Shown here in pieces: positions 17,792 to 24,966 of a DNA stretch of 46,623 bases. Positions within the stretch are counted from its first letter, which is position 1, and each line of letters begins with the position of its first letter. Under the pieces are notes generated by a model. It made no database searches. It worked only from the letters and a program-made list of their open reading frames with translations, and had not been told where the DNA came from. The position numbers were made by a program, and so were the translations under genes. Origin of the DNA: a virus (lineage: Duplodnaviria > Caudoviricetes); the IMG/VR virus record IMGVR_UViG_3300046025_000015, positions 1 through 46,623 of that record; one strand, given 5' to 3'.

Positions 17792-18003
17792 ACTCGCGCG
17801 CTGTTCACACCGCGGTCGGGTGGGTGAAGGGCCTCGCCGCGACTGCCGGCTTCGCGTTCGCGACCGTCGTGATCACGGCGCTCCTCGTCGCGAATGTCCC
17901 GCCGCGGTTCGTCGACGGGATCGTCTTTACCTGGATCGGCTCGGTCATCGTCGTCGCCTATCTCGCCCGCCGGCGTTACCTCTCCAAACCCCAGTCTGTC
18001 TGA
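17788..18003 (+). CDS. small two-helix membrane protein
   Basis: Two hydrophobic segments and a basic tail; ATGA overlap. Confidence 0.65.
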   Translation: MNSRAVHTAVGWVKGLAATAGFAFATVVITALLVANVPPRFVDGIVFTWIGSVIVVAYLARRRYLSKPQSV

Positions 18004-18029
18004 TACGTAGCGAGCGGGGAGTCCCTGTA

Positions 18030-18116
18030 TCTGCAAAGCGCGTCGTTGAATCAGGAAGCCCTACCCTCAAGGAGCGAACGGCGTCAGCGGTGAGCGAGTA
18101 GGCTAGGGTAGTTCAC
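18030..18116 (+). mobile_element. IS200/IS605 (IS1341-type) right-end remnant
   Basis: GAAGCCCTACCCTCAAGGAGCGAACGGCGTCAGCGGTGAGCGAGTAGGCTAGGGTAGTTCAC: subterminal stem-loop ending in TCAC. Translates as a TnpB-like C-terminal tail (SAKRVVESGSPTLKERTASAVSE). No tnpA or tnpB present. Confidence 0.65.
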
Positions 18117-18170
18117 CAAACCGGAACTTTATGTACGTTGACTTCCTACCTCAACAGTAAGGTGGAGAAG

Positions 18171-18512
18171 ATGGCTCAGACGCACTATCAATCCGAAGAG
18201 GAGCAACTACAGCTGCGGAAGCAGATGGCTCGTTCGCTCGCGCAGGGCGGGATGGATGATGTCCACGTCGTCAGCCAAGAAACCGCACAGACCGTACTCA
18301 CTCCACGTCGCCGAGAGATCATCCAGTACCTCAAAGGCGAAGATCCGGAATCCGTGCGGGCGCTTGCCCGCGAATTGGGGCGGGACAAGAGTGCAGTGAG
18401 TCGCGATCTTGCAACGCTTGCCGAACACAGTATCATCACCTACGAGACCAACGGGCGGGGAAAACGGCCGGTCCTCGTTTCAGACCATGTCGTCGTAGAG
18501 CCAATCGTCTGA
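18171..18512 (+). CDS. HVO_A0114-like HTH protein (antitoxin/regulator type)
   Basis: VLTPRRREII...PESVRALARELGRDKSAVSRDLATL...KRP; TATA TTTATGTA at 18128-18135. Confidence 0.8.
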   Translation: MAQTHYQSEEEQLQLRKQMARSLAQGGMDDVHVVSQETAQTVLTPRRREIIQYLKGEDPESVRALARELGRDKSAVSRDLATLAEHSIITYETNGRGKRPVLVSDHVVVEPIV

Positions 18513-18728
18513 CTCTCTACGCTACGCCTCGGCGGTCGCGACAAGCTTTGTATGCGAGTTCCTGGTCGGTGATGGGACGGGTGTCAACAGCGCAGTGTTG
18601 CCACTGCCTTCTTGCACACAATAGTAGAGAGAGCGCGCCGCAAAAACTACGTGCCGCGCGCGCACCAACAAATCAGATCGGATCGGATCGATCGCGCCGG
18701 ATCGAGTCGGGGGGCGAGGGAAAGTCAA

Positions 18729-19550
18729 TTAGTGGCTGTGGTCGCCGAACGGGAGCCAGTCGGACGGGATCTCGACGGGTGCCTCGCCGTGGAGGTACAT
18801 GATAAGTGCCCACCCGACGAGCACACCACCGATGAAGTAGTGAACCTCCCGCTGGACATATTGGCGGATATACGCTGGGACCCGCTGGGTTGCCCGGGCA
18901 GTCACTTCGGCACCGAACGCGAGGGCGATTAGCCCGACCAGGACGGGAATGGCCGTCTGCTGGTCGTGGGCGGCCCAGAGCCCCCCTGCAACCCCGAAGA
19001 AGAAGGCGTGCCACTCGATCGAATAACTGAACGCACCATCATAGCTCGATCCCTCCTCGGTGGGAGAATCAAGATTCGGGAGCCCAGCCTGCCGCCCCGC
19101 ACGCAGAAATGAGTGGAAGGTGGCGAGGACGGCTGTCAGACCGCTCGCAGTCGCTGTCGCCCTTCCACTCCCACTTCCACTCTCACTCTCATTCCCACTT
19201 CCACTCCCACCCGGCCCCACGGCCGTCTGTGCGGCCTCTGCATCCGCTTCGTTGCGTCTGTGTATGAGTGAATTGTGATGGGCGGCATACCGCTCTTTCG
19301 CGTTTGTCCCCTCGAAGACCTGATCACAAGTCTCGCAATGATAGGACGCGCCGCCGTCCACCTCGGTTTCTGTCTCTGTCTCGCCGTCGCCGTCGCCGTC
19401 CGTGACTGGCGTGGCGTCAGGGGGGTCTTCGTCCACATCCGCTTCGGCGGACGTCTCATCGGGCGGCGGGCCGTCGTCTCCGTCTTCCTTTTCGACTGGC
19501 GTGTCATCGGCAGGTGTACCGTCCTGGGTGCGGTAGTCGTCGCGCATCAC
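18729..19550 (-). CDS. membrane protein with C2H2-like finger; holin candidate
   Basis: Acidic N-terminus, CETC...HH...H, GS linker and about 3 C-terminal hydrophobic helices; last gene of the late operon. Confidence 0.6.
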   Translation of the reverse strand: MMRDDYRTQDGTPADDTPVEKEDGDDGPPPDETSAEADVDEDPPDATPVTDGDGDGETETETEVDGGASYHCETCDQVFEGTNAKERYAAHHNSLIHRRNEADAEAAQTAVGPGGSGSGNESESGSGSGRATATASGLTAVLATFHSFLRAGRQAGLPNLDSPTEEGSSYDGAFSYSIEWHAFFFGVAGGLWAAHDQQTAIPVLVGLIALAFGAEVTARATQRVPAYIRQYVQREVHYFIGGVLVGWALIMYLHGEAPVEIPSDWLPFGDHSH

Positions 19551-19555
19551 GATGA

Positions 19556-21172
19556 TCAGACCTCCACCCAGTCGGGCAGGGAGAGCGCCCCGGAGAGACT
19601 GATATCCACGGGATCGGGATCGCCACCGTCCAGGGCGTCCGAGATTTCCGCGACTGCAGACGTTGAGCCGCCGTCGGCGTCGTTGCGGACAGTCCCACTG
19701 ATATGCTCGAGTGTGACGCGGCTCTCGTCTTCGATCCAGATCGCCTCGACGGGTTTCCGGTTCCGGATGTGGATATTCTTCAGCCGGACCGTACAGGTTC
19801 GATCCTCGCTTTGGCTATCGCGGAAGCCCACGCGGATCGGGTTGCGGGCACTCGTCCCCGCCCAGTCGATGCGCGTGTCCACGACTTCCAGGCGTTCGAC
19901 AGCGGGCTCGCACCGGACGGCTGTCGCGCCAGTCGCCCAGCCATCGCCATCGGCCATTAGGAAGTCGCAGTCTTCGATGCGGACAGTTCCAGCATATCCT
20001 GTTTTGGAGCCCTTGTCACCGCCGGTCGTCCAGACCCCGCGCATATTCGATCCCGGATTGTCGGGATTCGTCCATCGCTGCCCGGGGACGGGGCCGTCAC
20101 GGACCCAGGTCGTGTTTGTGAGGAGCGTGTCGCCACCGACGCGAATCCCGGCGTTCGTATTGCGGAAGAAGGAGTTCCGGATTTCGAGCCTGGCGGCGAT
20201 GTTGTGGTGGTAGATCGTATTATTTGGCCACCCCGCCATATAGACGCCGTCGTAGATGAGTGTCCCACTCATCTTCTCCAGATTCGAGATGAAGCCAAAG
20301 CGGTTGCCGTTCCCGTCGGGGTCGGCTCCACCATCGGGGAACGCGCAATTCTGGATGAGGCCCACGCCGCCCGTCGGGCAGAAGAGGAAGGAATAGCCCC
20401 GGCCGGCCTGCTTGCGGCCGGCCGTCGATCCGGTTGGGGTCTCTGGGAGCCCCATGCTCCCGCGGACGGTGCAGTTCCGCATCGTCCAGTTTGGCGCGTC
20501 GAAGACGGCTTTGGGCGGGTAGGCACACGTGCGGAAGTCGAACGTGAAGCCCTCCAGCAGGAACCGATCCGCGTCGAAGTACAGCCACTCGGAGAGCGGC
20601 TCCGAGCGCTCTGTCGGGAGGAGACGGGCACCCTGCCCCGTGAGTTCCAACCCAGCGGAGCGTGGCGTCCACGTGTCGATCCGGATATCGCCGTCCTCGG
20701 CGTGGAGTACCATGCCCTCTGTATCGAATTCCTCCAGTACCTCGTCGGCGGGCTCACTGCCGTCCATCGCCACGCCCTGCTCGGCGAGATAGACATGGTC
20801 TTTCCCGCCGTGGTCGTGACCGAGGCGGTTGACCGAGTCCTGGATTGCAGACACGCGCTGGGCAAGGGCTGACTGCTGGGTCTTGATCTCGGACTGCGAA
20901 TCCTGAATCTCTCCTTGCTGGGATTTCACCGCGGAAACATCATCGCGGATGTCCTGCGTGCCGTCCTTGGCGCCGGCCTCGGAGATGGCCTGGAGCTGGG
21001 CGTCGATGCTCTCACTCTCACTCTCACTTTCACTGTCGCTGTCGCCGTCACTCGTCCCCTCACTACCACTGTCGGCGGGCGCTGCGCCTGCGTCTACGTC
21101 TGTGTCTGTGTCTGTGTCTGTGTCTGTGTCGGGTGAATTATCTGCCATGTTGAGCAATTTTTCGGTCGTCAC
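19556..21172 (-). CDS. right-handed beta-helix protein with acidic N-terminus and coiled coil
   Basis: Repeating short beta-strand/Asn-Gly pattern; coiled coil DVSAVKSQQ...VNRL; GTGA overlap (alternative ATG 21148). Confidence 0.65.
   Translation of the reverse strand: MTTEKLLNMADNSPDTDTDTDTDTDVDAGAAPADSGSEGTSDGDSDSESESESESIDAQLQAISEAGAKDGTQDIRDDVSAVKSQQGEIQDSQSEIKTQQSALAQRVSAIQDSVNRLGHDHGGKDHVYLAEQGVAMDGSEPADEVLEEFDTEGMVLHAEDGDIRIDTWTPRSAGLELTGQGARLLPTERSEPLSEWLYFDADRFLLEGFTFDFRTCAYPPKAVFDAPNWTMRNCTVRGSMGLPETPTGSTAGRKQAGRGYSFLFCPTGGVGLIQNCAFPDGGADPDGNGNRFGFISNLEKMSGTLIYDGVYMAGWPNNTIYHHNIAARLEIRNSFFRNTNAGIRVGGDTLLTNTTWVRDGPVPGQRWTNPDNPGSNMRGVWTTGGDKGSKTGYAGTVRIEDCDFLMADGDGWATGATAVRCEPAVERLEVVDTRIDWAGTSARNPIRVGFRDSQSEDRTCTVRLKNIHIRNRKPVEAIWIEDESRVTLEHISGTVRNDADGGSTSAVAEISDALDGGDPDPVDISLSGALSLPDWVEV
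21101..21130. repeat. perfect hexamer tandem repeat (TGTGTC)x5 encoding DT repeats
   Basis: Read directly from the sequence. Confidence 0.9.
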
Positions 21173-22443
21173 TGCGTTCGTTCGATGATCTGAATCTCGT
21201 CCGTGTACGTCAGGGTATCAATATTACTATAGACCTCAATACCGCCCCGTCCGAGTGAAGATTCGTCGCCAGAGACAGAGGCCAACCGGTCACCCGTTGA
21301 CACGTCGGTCAGCGTCAGCACATGGTCGTCAGCCTTGTCGGGGTGCTGCCACCAGGAGTCGACGCGATACCAATTGTCCTCGCTGTAATTCACACTCGTC
21401 GTTTCGAGCGACCCGGAGATCGCGCCATTGTGGTCGCGCAAGCGGAAGGTCCCGTCATCATACATGTGAATAGCGTAGTAGCTATTGAGCGTGAAGCCGG
21501 AGCCATCGATAGCGAAGTAGAAGCGATGCTGGCCGCCGGTGGGCCAATTATCAATATTGACGTAGAACTGCCAATGGTCGCCGGGCTGGGGGTAGTTGAG
21601 CAGGCCATCGCCGGGATAGGAGACGGCCCGCGAATAGCCGTCAATATACATCGAGTACGTGCCCTGATAGGGACGCCGATTATTGACCGAAACGCCGGAC
21701 TCAGTCTGCCACTCCGTGAGGTCCCCGTCCTCCATATCGTCGATGACCTGGTTGATCGGGTCGAGGGCGACCTGGCGATAGCCCTGGGGCGTGTAGACTT
21801 CGATGCGTTCCTCGTCGGTATCAGTGCGAACCCACTCCTGCCAGTGGACGGGGTTGGCTGGGCGCGAGGTTCGCTGTTCAATCTGGCGATTGAGCGCACT
21901 ATGCTGCTGAAAGTCAAGGTCGGCTTCTAGGCCACCGCCAGCGACTTCGACATAGCGATTGTCGGATTCGATTTTGGAGTAGACCAGGTCGGTCTGGGCG
22001 TTCTCGGGGCCGAGCGGACGAAGGCTTGTGTGGCTTGTCACCCCACTCCCATCAGTATCGAACTCGTGAATGGCGATGCGAGGATCAGCAGCAGACGGGA
22101 AGGCCCCATCGAGGCCGACGATAATCGTATTCGGTTGGCTGCGATCCACGCCCAGATAGACGGTTTGATCCGATGTGCTAGAGGCCAGCGTTACGGTTCG
22201 GGTCGCGTCGGTGGCGAGCCAATGTCCACCGACATGGGCCTCGCCGTCCCCGATGGTCACATCGAAGCCACTACTTGACACATACTCGAAGGCGCCGCTC
22301 ACAGTCCCCAGGCGGTTGTCGTCATCCGCATGGACATAGCTTCCCGCACGGGTTACCCAGTCACCGATACCGTAGTGGAGTGCGGTCGCTAATGGCGATG
22401 CGTCGACTGTCGAATCAGGGGTGGGCTCGACTAAGGTGGTCAT
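21169..22443 (-). CDS. tail fibre/receptor-binding protein with lectin-like C-terminal domain
   Basis: N-terminal fibre-attachment-like region and beta-sandwich-like C-terminus (DDMEDGDLTEW...WYRV...GGI); tail-tip position. Confidence 0.65.
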   Translation of the reverse strand: MTTLVEPTPDSTVDASPLATALHYGIGDWVTRAGSYVHADDDNRLGTVSGAFEYVSSSGFDVTIGDGEAHVGGHWLATDATRTVTLASSTSDQTVYLGVDRSQPNTIIVGLDGAFPSAADPRIAIHEFDTDGSGVTSHTSLRPLGPENAQTDLVYSKIESDNRYVEVAGGGLEADLDFQQHSALNRQIEQRTSRPANPVHWQEWVRTDTDEERIEVYTPQGYRQVALDPINQVIDDMEDGDLTEWQTESGVSVNNRRPYQGTYSMYIDGYSRAVSYPGDGLLNYPQPGDHWQFYVNIDNWPTGGQHRFYFAIDGSGFTLNSYYAIHMYDDGTFRLRDHNGAISGSLETTSVNYSEDNWYRVDSWWQHPDKADDHVLTLTDVSTGDRLASVSGDESSLGRGGIEVYSNIDTLTYTDEIQIIERTQ

Positions 22444-22477
22444 AGAGGATGGGACCGGGACCGGAGGTGCCGCCGGC

Positions 22478-22528
22478 TACCCCAACTGCGGTCGGGAAAC
22501 CCCGGCGTTCACGCCGGGGTGGATCTCA
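22478..22528 (+). mobile_element. IS200/IS605-like right-end hairpin remnant
   Basis: CCCAAC...GGGAAACCCCGGCGTTCACGCCGGGGTGGATCTCA, with a perfect 10-bp inverted repeat (22499-22508/22511-22520). Resembles haloarchaeal IS605-family right ends. Confidence 0.5.
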
Positions 22529-23089
22529 TGCGGAGGCGAACGAAATCGTGATCGTCACGATGAGTTCGTCGGTGCTTGTTTTCGGTGTGAGTGGATCGGG
22601 CAAGAGCGCGTGATTGTAGAGGGCGCCAGAGTCACCCTCGACACCGAGTTCGACCAAGTCCTCGCCATTCAATTCGAGTGAACCCACAAGCTCCGTACAC
22701 GACCACTCGGTCCCCGAATTACTGGGGTCGGTCAGGGTGACACTCCCCACGCGATTGTTCAGCGAGGTATCCGAGGATGTGGGATTTGTAGAACTGGAGC
22801 CAAAGGCGATGGCATCGGGGTGGTCCTTAACTCGGTCGTAGGTATTGTGAAAGTTGAGCAGCGCCGGGAGGTACTCGTGTAACCCGACACAGGACACGTT
22901 ATGACATTCCGCGACGCTCACGGGCGTATGAGCCGACTGACGGATGGACTTACGGACGTGCTTGGACCGATTCGTCCACGACTGTTCAGGATAGCCCTCA
23001 TACCGCTCGATGCGGACGTTCGTCTCGATGGTGACCGCCTCAGTCTCTGTTTCGGTGGCGTCGACCTCGGGATCGGTTTCAATCGACAT
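22526..23089 (-). CDS. tail-tip/tail-collar-like protein
   Basis: IAFGSS...DTSL...ELG...GALY...KTS...LIVTITISF pattern typical of tail collar proteins; start refined to MSIETD. Confidence 0.6.
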   Translation of the reverse strand: MSIETDPEVDATETETEAVTIETNVRIERYEGYPEQSWTNRSKHVRKSIRQSAHTPVSVAECHNVSCVGLHEYLPALLNFHNTYDRVKDHPDAIAFGSSSTNPTSSDTSLNNRVGSVTLTDPSNSGTEWSCTELVGSLELNGEDLVELGVEGDSGALYNHALLPDPLTPKTSTDELIVTITISFASA

Positions 23090-23366
23090 TTGCGCTCGCG
23101 TAGGCCGATTGCCCGTATTTTGAGGAGCCGTACTGGGCCGCACTCGCGGTGCGGACAGTTGTGGAAACCGAATCGGAGACGGCCACCGTGTCTGCGGGGA
23201 TCGTCTGCACATTCCGGATGGCAGTCTCTGGCGGGCGCTTCTCTTTGAGATCCTTGATCTCGCCCGTGTTGGTGGCGATCACGTCGGCGGCCTCTCTGGC
23301 CCGCCGCCGTCGGATGATAGCGCGGCGCCGCTGCTCGCGGTCTTGGTCAGTTGTGTCGTTAGGCAT
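23079..23366 (-). CDS. hypothetical tail-region protein (95 aa)
   Basis: Overlaps both neighbours; YG repeats at the C-terminus. Confidence 0.65.
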   Translation of the reverse strand: MPNDTTDQDREQRRRAIIRRRRAREAADVIATNTGEIKDLKEKRPPETAIRNVQTIPADTVAVSDSVSTTVRTASAAQYGSSKYGQSAYASANVD

Positions 23367-24867
23367 AGGTATCTAGCTGGACGAACTCAAGCTCGGTTTC
23401 GAGAGTGACGCCCGAATACTGGTCGTCCTTGCTGGTAACGATGAACTCTCCCTCAGCCCCCAATTCTGGCCGGTCGAAAGGGACAACGTCCCCGACGACG
23501 AGTGCGTGGGCGTCATCGGTGAGTGCGGGGACCGGGCCCAGCGTGGTATTGGGGTGGCCCTGGTCCTGGAGGATCGCGCGTCCGCGGGATGAAACCGCCG
23601 GTTCGGTGACCAGAGACTCCCGGGTCTGATACCCCCCGTAGGTTCCATATTGGGATTGGGACTCGCGGTCCTCGATAACCGACTCAATGGGTTTTGGGAA
23701 GTAGGCGCGGAACGCGGGAACGCCATTGGAATCGACGCCGACGCCGGTCGAGTTCGGGCCGGGACTGTCGATAATCAACCACGGATTCGGCGCGTTGATC
23801 GTGTGTTCGGGGAGCTGCCACGCTGTCCAGCCCGCCGCCGTCAGATTCTCTTCTTTGACCTCCCCCGTCACGATGTCGGATTCCGTGTCCCCAGGGGCGA
23901 TAGGGGCGGTATCGTCGCTGTTCGACGTTTGGAGGCGCGGGCGAATCCCCTCGTCTGAGGTTTCGGCCTCCGTGTAGAGTTCAATCGTCGATAACTCGGA
24001 CTTCCGCACCGAGACTTGGACGGTCAAGCGGTTGCTGTCGGTCGGGGCTGTATAGCTATCGACGGTCGTCTGGGAGTCGTCAATCTGATTGCGGTCGTCG
24101 ATGCCGCCACTCATGCGAATCCAATTGACGAGATTCTTGTCGGACGTAGAGCTGGAGAGGGGGCCAAATGTCCCGCCGGGGAAGGGCGTGTCGCGGACGG
24201 GGGCGATGTCCTCGATGGGCTGGAAGACCAGGTCGTTGCGATAGGAGCGTTGGACGATAGGGCCTTCCTCGGCGGCGGCAAGACTCGCCAGCTCGTCAAT
24301 TGCGTCGCGGGCATACTTGCCGCGGACAAAGTAATCGACAGTGGCAGAGACCGTTGGGACGCTCCCGCCATCGACATGATCGACCTCCCGGAGGATGGTA
24401 TCGACATGGGCATCGCTGGACCCGGCAATCGGGCGGTCGATCTCGCCGTGCGAGACGGGGGTGATAGCTAGGGTGCTGAAGACCCAATCCGTGAGATCCA
24501 GAGCGAGATCAGTGGGCTGTCCGGCGTGCTCGATGATATTCCGGTGGGATACGCGATAGGTGCCGACGGCGCGCGCGCCGCCAAAGGGCCCGTGGCCATA
24601 TGGCCCATAGCCATAGGCGGAGGTGTCCCCAGCCTTGACGAAAAACGTGACTCGGTCGCCAATACCGACCTGGCGATCCCCAGTCGTATATTGATAGCCC
24701 GCGTTCTCGATGGCGATCTCGGCCTTGTCCATGGGCTTCGCGGCTTTCTGTGTCGCCTGAAAGGAGAAGATATCCTGGGCGGGAATCGTAAAATCGGAAT
24801 TGCCAAGCCCCGTCTCGACGCGATCGACTGTGAGTGCGGCGCCGTCATCGGGAAGATGTTGAACCAT
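23359..24867 (-). CDS. tail hub/baseplate-like minor tail protein
   Basis: Hub-like motifs (IGDRVTF; ESQSQYG; VGDVVPF..PELG..GEFIV); start refined to MVQHL. Confidence 0.65.
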   Translation of the reverse strand: MVQHLPDDGAALTVDRVETGLGNSDFTIPAQDIFSFQATQKAAKPMDKAEIAIENAGYQYTTGDRQVGIGDRVTFFVKAGDTSAYGYGPYGHGPFGGARAVGTYRVSHRNIIEHAGQPTDLALDLTDWVFSTLAITPVSHGEIDRPIAGSSDAHVDTILREVDHVDGGSVPTVSATVDYFVRGKYARDAIDELASLAAAEEGPIVQRSYRNDLVFQPIEDIAPVRDTPFPGGTFGPLSSSTSDKNLVNWIRMSGGIDDRNQIDDSQTTVDSYTAPTDSNRLTVQVSVRKSELSTIELYTEAETSDEGIRPRLQTSNSDDTAPIAPGDTESDIVTGEVKEENLTAAGWTAWQLPEHTINAPNPWLIIDSPGPNSTGVGVDSNGVPAFRAYFPKPIESVIEDRESQSQYGTYGGYQTRESLVTEPAVSSRGRAILQDQGHPNTTLGPVPALTDDAHALVVGDVVPFDRPELGAEGEFIVTSKDDQYSGVTLETELEFVQLDTYA

Positions 24868-24917
24868 ATTTAGTTTTTGTACGAGGGAAGGGAGCGGAGA
24901 GGGGGAGATACAGCCCC

Positions 24918-24966
24918 GTGATAGCCTCCCCACTCCCTAAAGAACGGGGCTTCCGCTTGCTCTCCG
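24918..24966 (-). mobile_element. short IS200/IS605-type palindromic end (PATE/MITE-like)
   Basis: Minus strand reads GCAAGCGGAAGCCCCGTTCTTTAGGGAGTGGGGAGGCTATCAC, an imperfect hairpin followed by TCAC, just after a stop codon. Confidence 0.5.

Noticed and set aside
17721-18101. ORF ending in a TnpB-like tail
   Set aside because: No RuvC or zinc-ribbon motifs. Only the last ~25 codons resemble TnpB, and the rest overlaps a better gene.
18522-18728. 68-aa minus-strand ORF
   Set aside because: Non-acidic, TTG start, and runs through simple repeats; treated as non-coding.
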